Translations under genes and position numbers: made by a program | The notes under the pieces: model-generated | Database searches by the model: none | What the model was told of the DNA's origin: nothing | What the model saw: the letters and a program-made list of their open reading frames with translations, nothing else | Sequence record: PP107930.1 | DNA: 53,383 nt | Reading direction: 5' to 3' (one strand) | Source: Escherichia phage FXie-2024a | Shown here: positions 39,842 through 48,789 of the stretch, in pieces | How positions within the stretch are numbered: position 1 is the stretch's first letter | How the letters are laid out: every line of letters starts with the position of its first letter

Positions 39842-40237
39842 TTAATGGCCTTGTAAGATTCGGTGATTTGCTTCTTCAGCAGGAATTCCCATATCAACTA
39901 ATTTCACCAAGCACTGCGAAATACGCTCTTGCGCCACTTTCTCAATGGTTTGGTAATCTTCGTTGTTTACTCCCAACACATTCTTGGCATGAATGAGTGT
40001 GGTCATAAGGCCATGACCTAAAGCAATGGCTTGCATTGCCTGGAGTTCAAAGTTAATCGTGATGCCAGCCAACTCATGTTCCTGGTCGGCAGCAGATTTG
40101 ATTTCACGAATTTGTTTGCGAAGCTTTTGCTTCAATGTTTTGCGAGCCACTAAAATAGTTCTCCATAAACTCGTTGATTTGACGTCCACTCGCGTGTTGC
40201 AATTTGAATGGACTTGTTTGGGCCGTGGTAGAAACAT
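39842..40237 (-). CDS. Hypothetical protein
   Basis: 131 aa early ORF; annotated start overlaps the upstream gene, so the true start is probably internal. Confidence 0.35.
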   Translation of the reverse strand: MFLPRPKQVHSNCNTRVDVKSTSLWRTILVARKTLKQKLRKQIREIKSAADQEHELAGITINFELQAMQAIALGHGLMTTLIHAKNVLGVNNEDYQTIEKVAQERISQCLVKLVDMGIPAEEANHRILQGH

Positions 40238-40491
40238 CTTTTTATTTCACCGAGGCTGAACTTTGGACCATCTTCGAGAATATATTTAATATCATATTCC
40301 CAAAAACCATCTTTGTGAGACTTACTCAAATAGTTTAATTTAGATGTGCCATTGTAATACCATGACCCACCAATAAGTACGAAGTGTAGTGTTTCTTCAA
40401 CATTATCACTAAAAGCTCTTTCAACATTTCTTAACGTCAAAACTTTAGCAGAATGCTTACGAACCATTTTGCAACTCCTTAATTTTGGCAA
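40150..40491 (-). CDS. Hypothetical protein
   Basis: 113 aa early ORF. Confidence 0.35.
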   Translation of the reverse strand: MPKLRSCKMVRKHSAKVLTLRNVERAFSDNVEETLHFVLIGGSWYYNGTSKLNYLSKSHKDGFWEYDIKYILEDGPKFSLGEIKRCFYHGPNKSIQIATREWTSNQRVYGELF

Positions 40492-40666
40492 TTAAGTCGC
40501 GCATAATTTTGGGTCCAATAGCCAAGTCACCAGTCATGTCACCAATGTCACTGCCTATTGCTTCCGCATTCATCTCCCAACCTTCAATAAGTTCTAACAA
40601 TTCTTCAATTGTGTAGCCTTTAAACTGAAAGTTTTCGTGATTAATTACACCATATTTTTGAACCAT
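40457..40666 (-). CDS. Hypothetical protein
   Basis: About 70 aa from MVQKYGV (ATG 40664..40666) with GGAGAG ribosome-binding site; the annotated longer N-terminus runs into the ORF-free structured region. Confidence 0.4.
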   Translation of the reverse strand: MVQKYGVINHENFQFKGYTIEELLELIEGWEMNAEAIGSDIGDMTGDLAIGPKIMRDLIAKIKELQNGS

Positions 40667-41310
40667 AGGAACTCTCCAATTTTCGATTCGGTGTTTGTGA
40701 CTTCTCTTCTCATCTTTTGGCCTATGAAACAGGCCACAGAGTAGCGCAGGAAGGCCGAAAATCGGACCACTGCCTACCGTTTGTGTCAATTCTGGATAAC
40801 TGCATTGGCGAAGGGTTACTCCCGTTAGGGTGCGACCCGCGCATCATAACTGCATAGCAGTCTGGCAAGCTGCGGAGGTCACAGAGGCTTTGCAACCCTT
40901 CCCAATACATTCACCCAACCTACCCGCTTTGGTATAGCTGGCGGCGCGGTTTTGTGCGGATTATGCCACTCTAAGCCCTGTTTGCCCGACTTCCTCGGAG
41001 CACCAGCAGCTTGTGGCACAAACCTATTTTCGAATGACTAACATAAGCATGAGGCACAACCCTCTAATTATTCAGCCCTAACAGCTTGCTTATTCAGTAC
41101 CAATTCATCCCAATACATCGCTATAACAAGTGAACAGCTTTCTGCGAAGAAGTATTCCGGCCCTTTGGCCTATGTTAAAAGTTAAATGTATGTGATGGAA
41201 ACATTCCATCGAAAAGAACTTTGTAGAACGAATCGAACGTTCTCACACGCCCTGGTACCAGACGGACTACCTAGTTACAAAGTTCTTATCTGATGTTGTT
41301 TCAATTCCAA

Positions 41311-41487
41311 CTAATGTCGAATGTCTTTCTTGCAAACAGGACAAGTGATAAATCTATATGCGAAATATCCTCGGTCATTCTTCCCTGTGTATATCTTTAA
41401 GTCTGAGAATTCATAAGACACAACAGAAGCACATAACCGACATTGGCGTGTGAAGGTTACTGTATCTTTTTCCAGAACTTTAATCAT
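41311..41487 (-). CDS. Zinc-ribbon protein
   Basis: 58 aa from MIKVLEKD; CRLC...CPVC; ribosome-binding GGAG lies inside the upstream 18-bp motif copy. Confidence 0.45.
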   Translation of the reverse strand: MIKVLEKDTVTFTRQCRLCASVVSYEFSDLKIYTGKNDRGYFAYRFITCPVCKKDIRH

Positions 41488-41713
41488 TTCATCTCCAATT
41501 AATGTTTCAGAATTATTCCAATATTCCAAATAAAAAGAATAATAAGAATAAATTAAATAAATGAAGAAAGTGCTTGACACCCATTTGGCGATAAGTGTAT
41601 AATGCCTTTCTTCCCTAAGAGGTCAGAATCAAATCCCACTAATGTTTCAGAATTACGCCGAAGGCCAATGCGAGCACAAAACCCGCTTGGCACTTCGACG
41701 GAACAGCTTGGAA

Positions 41714-41956
41714 CTATTCCAGAACCTTCCAGTCAGAGTCGAATAACTCCTTTGGTCGTGTGTAAATAGTAGAGGAATCAATACTCAAGAAAGTATGATT
41801 CCCATACTTCTTAACTTCCTGGTAAGCAAACCCATCTACCCAACTGCCGCAATGAGTTTTAATCTTTGTAGGCCCAAGAATACGATAGAAAGTGTTTCGA
41901 GGCTGGTGGTGGACAATCAATCCAGCCTCCAGCTCAGCAATATTTAAATCACGCAT
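41714..41956 (-). CDS. Hypothetical protein
   Basis: 80 aa early ORF. Confidence 0.4.
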   Translation of the reverse strand: MRDLNIAELEAGLIVHHQPRNTFYRILGPTKIKTHCGSWVDGFAYQEVKKYGNHTFLSIDSSTIYTRPKELFDSDWKVLE

Positions 41957-42566
41957 TTAAGAACAACACTCCTTCAGAGAAGATGTAGTCGCTGCCGAAG
42001 TCTTTTACAATTGCATCCCAATCAATGTACGGTGCAAGGCGGTCTGGAATATCCAGTGCTTCACTTTGCTTGAAGTAGTCTGCAATTGAGTCACAACGAG
42101 TAATGAACATGTCGTTCAAACTGTTCACAGTGAAAATATCAATTTCACCACTACGGAATGCAGCAAGAATTAAATCCAAGTCAGTGTCAACAAGTAGTTC
42201 ATTGAATTTATCATACTTGCGAATACTGAATAGGCCATTAGCAAAGCAAACTTCGGTAACATCTTCTTCGTTTGATTCAATTACGTCATGTGTACCGTCT
42301 TCTGGATAATCAATGCCGTATTCTTCATGCAAATACTCCCGCATGTCGAAATCATAGTGACGCCAAGACAGGCCATCAATCCACGCATCTACAAATTCAG
42401 AATTAGTTTCGCCTGTGTAGAAACGAACCAATAAGGTTTCATCTCTACGCCAGGACTTTAGCTGTTCTACTGCTTTAGTAATGTTATCGTTTTGCATTGA
42501 GTTTCTCCCACATACCTTGAAGTTCCGCATTAAGGATTTTGAGCTGTTCGATTCGCTCTTTTCCAC
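41949..42566 (-). CDS. Highly acidic protein (possible DNA mimic)
   Basis: 205 aa with dense Asp/Glu; early-region position. Confidence 0.4.
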   Translation of the reverse strand: MEKSESNSSKSLMRNFKVCGRNSMQNDNITKAVEQLKSWRRDETLLVRFYTGETNSEFVDAWIDGLSWRHYDFDMREYLHEEYGIDYPEDGTHDVIESNEEDVTEVCFANGLFSIRKYDKFNELLVDTDLDLILAAFRSGEIDIFTVNSLNDMFITRCDSIADYFKQSEALDIPDRLAPYIDWDAIVKDFGSDYIFSEGVLFLNA

Positions 42567-42774
42567 CCTTTACTAATATGTCTAAGATGGCGGTCTTCTC
42601 TTCGTATGTTACCGGATAGCAACAACCATCAACCGAAATCTCGTACCTTAGATTTCGAGAATCGTACACATAGTTTGACAAATGCTGGTGCAGTTCTGCC
42701 TCTGCACGAGACGTACGCGCTTGCATACGCTCTAACTCTTTCGGTATTTCCTGATATTCCATCGGATGCTCCAT
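42484..42774 (-). CDS. Hypothetical protein
   Basis: 96 aa early ORF. Confidence 0.35.
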   Translation of the reverse strand: MEHPMEYQEIPKELERMQARTSRAEAELHQHLSNYVYDSRNLRYEISVDGCCYPVTYEEKTAILDILVKGGKERIEQLKILNAELQGMWEKLNAKR

Positions 42775-42782
42775 TGATGAAG

Positions 42783-43199
42783 TTATGCTGGAAGTTCGAA
42801 GTGTGGCATATCAATCAGCTTCTTCTTACCTGGTGCGAGTGGTGGATACGGCTGATTTTCATCAATACGGCTCCAGTTTCCACCCCAACGAATGGTAATT
42901 CCAAGCTCTTTTGCAGCCTTGAACATGTGATGAGCTAAAACTTTGAATCGTTCGAGGTCATTCCAGTCAATTGGATATGGTGCAATGTCCAAAGCATTGC
43001 CTGACATGTGTCGGCTAACTGAAACTTTGGTTGCACCCTTCTTTAACAGCTCTTGCTGACGTTCATAGGAGCGTAAACCTTCAAGAACAGTTACATCAAA
43101 CGGCATTGTTTCACATGCACGCTTGAAAACCGCCACTAATGAAGGATTTACACCCTTTAATCTGTCAAGCGAGCGTTGGCCCAACTTAACATTAGACAT
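42783..43199 (-). CDS. Peptidase M15-like peptidoglycan peptidase
   Basis: 138 aa; VSRHMSGNALDIAP and C-terminal DMPHFEL resemble zinc D,D- or L,D-peptidase motifs. Confidence 0.55.
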   Translation of the reverse strand: MSNVKLGQRSLDRLKGVNPSLVAVFKRACETMPFDVTVLEGLRSYERQQELLKKGATKVSVSRHMSGNALDIAPYPIDWNDLERFKVLAHHMFKAAKELGITIRWGGNWSRIDENQPYPPLAPGKKKLIDMPHFELPA

Positions 43200-43458
43200 T
43201 GCTCAGCTCCTGGTCTAGTGTGGCTTGCAAAGTTTTCAGTAAACTCTCATAACTGGCGACTCGCTGTTCCAGTTCAGCCAAACGTTGGTCCTGAATCTCA
43301 ATAAACTGCTTGCGATTCATGGTAAACCAAATATTGTCTGTGAATAGTGAGATTTCCTCACCAGAGGGAAGTTCTTTAAGAACGCTAACACGTACAGAAT
43401 GTGTTGCAAGCTCTTTCTTTGCTGCCGCAAGGCGGTCTGCAAGTTCTTCAACTTTCAT
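43192..43458 (-). CDS. Hypothetical coiled-coil protein
   Basis: 88 aa; heptad-like Leu/Glu pattern. Confidence 0.4.
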   Translation of the reverse strand: MKVEELADRLAAAKKELATHSVRVSVLKELPSGEEISLFTDNIWFTMNRKQFIEIQDQRLAELEQRVASYESLLKTLQATLDQELSNV

Positions 43459-43697
43459 CGGAAGTTATTACCCTGTGGGTTGATGGTTAATTTAAAAGAA
43501 ACACGCTCTTTATTGATTGATGTGCTACCTTCAACGGTTGCTTCAAACAATACTGCGGTTGCTTTCCCTACACGCTCCAAATATTTTACAACTCGGTCGT
43601 GTATTACTGACCAATGGCGGTATTCGCAATTGGATTCGAGTAAGTATGGTACTCCATCAATGGTAAATTCGGCTGACGTCATTTTCTCTCCAAACAT
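43455..43697 (-). CDS. Hypothetical protein
   Basis: 80 aa; 4-nt overlap with the downstream gene. Confidence 0.4.
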   Translation of the reverse strand: MFGEKMTSAEFTIDGVPYLLESNCEYRHWSVIHDRVVKYLERVGKATAVLFEATVEGSTSINKERVSFKLTINPQGNNFR

Positions 43698-44020
43698 CTT
43701 AAACTATGTTGAGGCTGGTGGGCCTTATAGAAGTCATAATCGCGATAAATTTGCAGGAATAGCGAGCCATGATGGTCCATACCCATAACTGCAAGTTTGC
43801 TATTGACTATGTTGAATAGGTGGATGGTGTTTGAATCTCCACTTTCCGGAACTTCAACCCAAGTACCTGGCTCAAATGTGATTGATGCTACAATAGGCCT
43901 GTTTTCAAACTGGTCTAAAGTTACATCAAAGCCGTCACAACCAAATTTAACCTGTTTGGCTTCAGATTTAAAGGTTAAGACGCCGAAAAAGACAACTAAG
44001 AAGATATAAAACGTTTTCAT
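43679..44020 (-). CDS. Secreted or periplasmic small protein
   Basis: 113 aa; N-terminal signal-like MKTFYIFLVVFFGVLTFKSEA. Confidence 0.45.
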   Translation of the reverse strand: MKTFYIFLVVFFGVLTFKSEAKQVKFGCDGFDVTLDQFENRPIVASITFEPGTWVEVPESGDSNTIHLFNIVNSKLAVMGMDHHGSLFLQIYRDYDFYKAHQPQHSLRCLERK

Positions 44021-44250
44021 TTAAACCTCAAGCAATTAATAATTAATCGAGGCCACTCGAAGTGGAATGACCTCTGTTAATTACTGCTGGTTATTTTGCA
44101 TAACACACTGCGCACTTTCAACAACAAGTTTGCCATTTGCTTTTATGTTGTTAATTTGTTGTACGCACTCTTGATGGGAGATGTTTGGCACAACTGCCGT
44201 AGTCAACATATCCGAATAAGTTGCTGATAATATTAACAATAGTGTATACA

Positions 44251-45168
44251 TTACAGCTTCTTAGTCAGTTCAGACGCTTTGCTGTAGGCAACTTCCATTT
44301 CGTCTCGCGTTACCTTAACAACTGTTGCCTTATCAACACGAAACGATGTTTTTGCTACGGCAATCTTGCCATCTTCTCCTGGCTCAAGCAGGATTGCTTC
44401 TAGCATTTGTTCCAGCTTTTGCAGAAGAATACGTTGTGCTTCGATTGCATTTTGAATATTTAATGTTTCCATTACTGCTTTTACCTTTCTCGAATAAGTT
44501 CCATATAATGTCAGGAGCACTTGCAAACCTTTTACACCATCATGGTCAATATTGACTTTATTGTATTTGGAGTACGGATGCTTGTACGTAGTTGTAACAG
44601 TTGCCCAATTGCCCTTATACCAAATAACATCACCAACTTCTACATCAGCACCTTTAACATCCTCTTCGTCTGAGAATGGTTTCACTGCTTCTTCATATGG
44701 AAGGAATGTTGGATTTATTTGAGTATCGAACTTCACTGTGGGAGTTTCCTGTGCTGGTGGCGTATTAACAATGTGGACTATGCGGTTGGGTGAAAAGTCA
44801 AAGTATCCTGTTACATGGGTTAATCGAACTACATTTTCAGGTATTTCCCCAAGGTCTTTAACTTCCTTTATCTCAAAGAATCTGATTCCGTAAGATAAGA
44901 TGTTTCCAGGTCGTACTTCATGCGCCAATACTGCACGGGTTGTGGTAGGCTTTGTAAAAGATTCTGTAGTGGGACGTTTTTCCAATACTCTGACTATACG
45001 GCCCAACTCAAAATTAAAGAATCCGCCAGAGTATTGTAGCTGAACTACATCACTAAGTCTGTTGATGTGTACAATCGGATACCCTCTACCATCATGAAAT
45101 ACAATGTCGCCAGTTTTAACCAAGTTGGCAGGTATTTCGACAACCTTATTGTCCATGATATTCCTCAC
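44251..45168 (-). CDS. Hypothetical protein with internal repeats
   Basis: 305 aa; repeated beta-hairpin-like segments (GDIVFHDGRGYPIVHI, NRIVHIV, GDVIWYKGNWATV). Confidence 0.45.
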   Translation of the reverse strand: MRNIMDNKVVEIPANLVKTGDIVFHDGRGYPIVHINRLSDVVQLQYSGGFFNFELGRIVRVLEKRPTTESFTKPTTTRAVLAHEVRPGNILSYGIRFFEIKEVKDLGEIPENVVRLTHVTGYFDFSPNRIVHIVNTPPAQETPTVKFDTQINPTFLPYEEAVKPFSDEEDVKGADVEVGDVIWYKGNWATVTTTYKHPYSKYNKVNIDHDGVKGLQVLLTLYGTYSRKVKAVMETLNIQNAIEAQRILLQKLEQMLEAILLEPGEDGKIAVAKTSFRVDKATVVKVTRDEMEVAYSKASELTKKL

Positions 45169-45277
45169 GCATTGCTGAACAGTGTTTGCATACCCAAATG
45201 GTTACATAATCGTTTTCGTGTGAAATTTCCCAATTATGTAGCCCTATAAAACATAAAATTTTCATAGGGCATCTCCA

Positions 45278-45655
45278 TTAAAACGGAATGTCGTCGTCGA
45301 AGTCTTTCGGCTCATTTGGGTTGTATGTAGAATTACCCTGGGATTGCTGAGCAGGAGCTTGCTGTTGCTGAGTTGGCTGCTGACGTGGCTGTTGCTGTTG
45401 AGCGGCAGCTTGAGGTTGAGCTTTGGCTTTAGCTTTCTCTTCACGCTTACGCATCATTTCGTCAACTTGTTCCTGAGTCATGATGGTGAGTGCCAACGAG
45501 GTAAATTCGGTGTTGCCAGCTTTCTTATTCCAGCCAGACACCCAATACCAGATACCTTCTACGTTAATGCGGCCACGAACGTCTGGATGATTTTCAGCTT
45601 TCTTAAAGCCATTGGAACCTAGAATACCAGTGTTTAAATCGTTAAATTGTGCCAT
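45278..45655 (-). CDS. Small SSB-like protein with E. coli SSB C-terminal tail
   Basis: 125 aa; Gln/Pro/Ala-rich linker and terminal DFDDDIPF, matching the last eight residues of E. coli SSB as recalled. Confidence 0.55.
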   Translation of the reverse strand: MAQFNDLNTGILGSNGFKKAENHPDVRGRINVEGIWYWVSGWNKKAGNTEFTSLALTIMTQEQVDEMMRKREEKAKAKAQPQAAAQQQQPRQQPTQQQQAPAQQSQGNSTYNPNEPKDFDDDIPF

Positions 45656-45729
45656 GATTAAATTCTCTTTAAGTTAATTACAGTTTAAGTTTCAGTGACA
45701 TTGCTAACCACGGAATAGCTTTGTCTCTC

Positions 45730-45747
45730 TTCAAATCCAACTAATGT
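45730..45747 (-). promoter_or_regulatory. Copy of recurrent 18-bp motif, about 75 nt upstream of the SSB-like gene
   Basis: Plus strand TTCAAATCCAACTAATGT. Confidence 0.35.
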
Positions 45748-45789
45748 TAGATTAATCATGGACACCTACAGAAGATGCCCATTGTTAAT

Positions 45790-45972
45790 TTAACAGGATT
45801 TACAATATTTGGTAAAACTCCTGCGCAATTTGCGGATTTGCTTTTTGGTTGGCTTTACTGGAAGGTGTATTACCTGACAATTGTCTAAGTATGAGTTTCC
45901 AAAAGACTCTCTAAACCACAACGTCCAACCAGCCTCACCAACGGTATTATATAAACGAGTGGATATAATCAT
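45790..45972 (-). CDS. Hypothetical small protein
   Basis: 60 aa basic ORF. Confidence 0.3.
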   Translation of the reverse strand: MIISTRLYNTVGEAGWTLWFRESFGNSYLDNCQVIHLPVKPTKKQIRKLRRSFTKYCKSC

Positions 45973-46259
45973 TACATCACCTTTGAGATAGGAATTGGGT
46001 CTATTGATGATTCAGGTTTATACCAACTAACTTCACCAGAATCTTTCACAAGTTCCCAATTATCGGAGAATGTACGATAAGATAAATTGCGGTTATCATC
46101 ATTAACGACAAAACCCAAAGGAGATTGAATATACGCACCGAGTGTACCGTTGTTACGAGGAACTCCGTCACCACGACCTGCGACGATTTTGTACTTCTTA
46201 CCGTAGGTAAAGCTGTAATTAGTTTTACCAACATAACGCAAAATTGAATTCTTGTTCAT
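45972..46259 (-). CDS. Hypothetical protein
   Basis: 95 aa early ORF. Confidence 0.4.
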   Translation of the reverse strand: MNKNSILRYVGKTNYSFTYGKKYKIVAGRGDGVPRNNGTLGAYIQSPLGFVVNDDNRNLSYRTFSDNWELVKDSGEVSWYKPESSIDPIPISKVM

Positions 46260-46489
46260 TGCTTTAATTTCTCCAAAGCGGATAATACGGAATCGCCAGA
46301 ACCACTAATTACAAGCGTTTCTCCTGGAAGATTGTAAGAGATATAAGAGAACGTCCATTTTACAATAGTTCTCTGATATGATGAACTGTATCTATCAGAC
46401 AATTCAATATCTTGTCTTGCATCGTTTAGCAAGAACTCCTGCCCATTGATGGACAATCTCTTAAACATTTCGATATAATTCTTACCCAC
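46256..46489 (-). CDS. Hypothetical protein
   Basis: 77 aa; 4-nt overlap with the downstream gene. Confidence 0.4.
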   Translation of the reverse strand: MGKNYIEMFKRLSINGQEFLLNDARQDIELSDRYSSSYQRTIVKWTFSYISYNLPGETLVISGSGDSVLSALEKLKQ

Positions 46490-46772
46490 ACTTCACCTTC
46501 TCCCATTTGGATAATCCACCTTCAAGACTGAAGATGCGGTTACAACCAGAATCATCTTTAATGACGAACTGAGTTCCTGTTAACTGGATTGGCTCAAGAG
46601 AGCCAAACAAAACTTTAGGCTTTGATAAGCTGGTGGCAAGAACAACATAGGCTTTGCTTGGGCAAATATCAAAAGCAAAGTCACGAGTATAGACTAAGTC
46701 ACCAACTTTCAAATATGCTGGCAAGATACGACCTGTGGCTGGGTCACGTTGTAAACGAGTACACTGTTTCAT
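46482..46772 (-). CDS. Hypothetical protein
   Basis: About 97 aa from MKQCTRL (ATG 46770..46772, GGAG ribosome-binding site); the annotated longer start overlaps the upstream hairpin. Confidence 0.4.
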   Translation of the reverse strand: MKQCTRLQRDPATGRILPAYLKVGDLVYTRDFAFDICPSKAYVVLATSLSKPKVLFGSLEPIQLTGTQFVIKDDSGCNRIFSLEGGLSKWEKVKCG

Positions 46773-46802
46773 AAATGCTCCAAGTTGATTAATAATATTC
46801 AG

Positions 46803-46829
46803 CAACCACTCTCATTACAAAAGTGGTTG
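46803..46829 (-). terminator. Hairpin downstream of paralog A
   Basis: CAACCACT / AGTGGTTG stem 6 nt after the stop at 46836; same element repeated at 47101..47127. Confidence 0.35.
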
Positions 46830-46835
46830 AGGAAA

Positions 46836-47072
46836 TTATTTAACTTCTTCCCACACAAACAGGAATCCAACTACAGGCACATTTTCACCAATATTCCAAT
46901 ACGGACGGCCACGCCCATTGCTTCGCATTCGATTCCCACTATTGGTTATAGTAATGTATGGCTGTAATTCACCATTTACTTCAAGGTCAATCAAATCACC
47001 CTCAAGTTCATCTCCAACCTGAACTGATTTAGAACCTATTGGTGCTTTAATACAAACAAACTTCTTTGCCAT
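46836..47072 (-). CDS. Small paralogous protein A (78 aa)
   Basis: Shares PYWNIGE...VP...W.EEVK C-terminus with the 83-aa neighbour. Confidence 0.5.
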   Translation of the reverse strand: MAKKFVCIKAPIGSKSVQVGDELEGDLIDLEVNGELQPYITITNSGNRMRSNGRGRPYWNIGENVPVVGFLFVWEEVK

Positions 47073-47100
47073 TTTTGATACTCCGATTAATAATATTCAG

Positions 47101-47127
47101 CAACCACTCTCGCTATAAGAATGGTTG
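47101..47127 (-). terminator. Hairpin downstream of paralog B
   Basis: CAACCACT / ATGGTTG stem with the same flanks as 46803..46829. Confidence 0.35.
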
Positions 47128-47133
47128 AGGAAA

Positions 47134-47385
47134 TTATTTAACTTCTTCCCAGGTCCAAATACTACCTTTTAATGGGACTTTTTCGCCAATGTTCCAATAG
47201 GGTCTGCCATTGACAGCCATTCGGTTTCCAACATCCGAAATAATTATTCGAGTGTCGATTCCGTGTTTTCGCTGTATGTTGATAAGTTCTCCTTCAATCA
47301 CATCTCCAACTTTTGGAGTATGTTCGGATGAAGAGGTTGATTTCACACATTTAAACTTTGTCATTGCAATAAACCTTGTTCGCAA
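47134..47385 (-). CDS. Small paralogous protein B (83 aa)
   Basis: Paralog of 46836..47072 (KFKCV, VGNRMAVNGRPYWNIGEKVP, WTWEEVK). Confidence 0.5.
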   Translation of the reverse strand: MRTRFIAMTKFKCVKSTSSSEHTPKVGDVIEGELINIQRKHGIDTRIIISDVGNRMAVNGRPYWNIGEKVPLKGSIWTWEEVK

Positions 47386-47588
47386 ATGTCTGCAAACTCC
47401 GCACGATGGTCACGCTGCCATGTCCAGAATGCACCATTCATCGGAACGACAGCACCTTTACGGAATGCCGGAGAAATGCTTTCAGCAGATTTGGTTACTT
47501 TAAATTCCAAAGGCGAAATAGCTTCACCTTCAATGATTAAGCCAACTGGAACGTAGTCTTTGTTGGAAGCAACACATTTAAATTTCAT
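47361..47588 (-). CDS. Small paralogous protein C (75 aa)
   Basis: KFKCV start and W.W motif suggest a distant third paralog. Confidence 0.4.
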   Translation of the reverse strand: MKFKCVASNKDYVPVGLIIEGEAISPLEFKVTKSAESISPAFRKGAVVPMNGAFWTWQRDHRAEFADICEQGLLQ

Positions 47589-47590
47589 GG

Positions 47591-47773
47591 TTATCCTCTT
47601 GGTGGAATATTTCCACTGTTATCTATAAGTTTACCGCGATAAATATTTAAACCACAATCTACACAGAATGCGTTATCCAGAACTACGGGACCATACATTC
47701 CCACAGCTTCATGAGCCACATGGTCTACATTATTGCTGCCACACTTTGGGCAAACAACATCATCCTCATTCAT
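47591..47773 (-). CDS. Zinc-ribbon protein
   Basis: 60 aa; CPKC...CVDC. Confidence 0.4.
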   Translation of the reverse strand: MNEDDVVCPKCGSNNVDHVAHEAVGMYGPVVLDNAFCVDCGLNIYRGKLIDNSGNIPPRG

Positions 47774-48038
47774 GGTATAAAACTCCTAATTCAGATTTGA
47801 GGTTAAATTCACGAAAGAAATCCATTGTTACAAAACGGATTTTACCTTCATCATCAACTACGTTACAGGAGATTTCGGAGTGGACCATACGGCCCAACTT
47901 CAAAGCAACTTCTGACAGGTTTGCTTCACCAGTGCCAGAAATTACTTCATAGATTTTATATGGAGTAAAGCCGCTTAAAGAGTTATTACGGCTTGGGACA
48001 ATCATCATTCCGGTCTTAGTAGCCATAATAACTCCCAA
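47766..48038 (-). CDS. Hypothetical protein
   Basis: 90 aa early ORF. Confidence 0.4.
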   Translation of the reverse strand: MGVIMATKTGMMIVPSRNNSLSGFTPYKIYEVISGTGEANLSEVALKLGRMVHSEISCNVVDDEGKIRFVTMDFFREFNLKSELGVLYHE

Positions 48039-48041
48039 TTG

Positions 48042-48338
48042 TTATTTGGTTGGAGGTGTTAGCCTTTCGATTTCTTCAAGTGCATCTGCAAGCCGTTGTT
48101 GCAAATTGTTTCGGTCTTCTTGCAGAGCATCGTAAGATTTCTGGAACTCAATCAACACGTCTGCTCGACGGTCTGATTCAGTTTGTAAGTCATACACTTG
48201 CCTTTCAAGTACATTGATGTGCTCACCAGCCAAAGCCAGAATTGCAACATCAACACGCATTGAGGTGAGAATGTCGGGATTGCTTGGAATCGAATTCTTA
48301 GCAACGTTCGTTACATCAAGGAATTTCTGAATTGACAT
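48042..48338 (-). CDS. Hypothetical coiled-coil protein
   Basis: 98 aa; coiled-coil-like C-terminal half. Confidence 0.4.
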   Translation of the reverse strand: MSIQKFLDVTNVAKNSIPSNPDILTSMRVDVAILALAGEHINVLERQVYDLQTESDRRADVLIEFQKSYDALQEDRNNLQQRLADALEEIERLTPPTK

Positions 48339-48433
48339 TGAATTACCTTATTAAAAGATTAAGAAGCTGCCCACAACGAGCAGCACCAGAGGGAACATCA
48401 GAATACAGAATACGAGCTTCTTTACAATATCCA

Positions 48434-48610
48434 TTATTTCACCAGGAAGTAGAGAACAATAGCAACACCAACACATGCAATGATTGTTGGCATATAATTA
48501 TCAATTTTACGATATTGACGTTCGACTGGCTTCTTGCCTTTGATGGCATCCATCAGTTCTTGATGATTAATTTGCTGCATGAATGTGTTGAATTGCTGGT
48601 CATTCATCAT
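48434..48610 (-). CDS. Small tail-anchored membrane protein
   Basis: About 58 aa from MMNDQQ; C-terminal TM helix IIACVGVAIVLYFLV; ATGA-type overlap with the upstream ORF. Confidence 0.4.
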   Translation of the reverse strand: MMNDQQFNTFMQQINHQELMDAIKGKKPVERQYRKIDNYMPTIIACVGVAIVLYFLVK

Positions 48611-48789
48611 TTGTTCCTTAACTTTACATTCTTCCCAACAAGTGCACAATCTTTAAGCCATCGTGTTTTTAGACTTGCTGGGAACCAAGTTTTAAATTCT
48701 TCGGAGTAAACCTTTGTGAAATGGAACTCTGGTGTGGTCAGTATGAGCATCCCACCACCAGTTCTTAGTAGCAGATTCTCATAACTCAC
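48607..48789 (-). CDS. Hypothetical small protein
   Basis: 60 aa; stop overlaps the next start. Confidence 0.3.
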   Translation of the reverse strand: MSYENLLLRTGGGMLILTTPEFHFTKVYSEEFKTWFPASLKTRWLKDCALVGKNVKLRNK

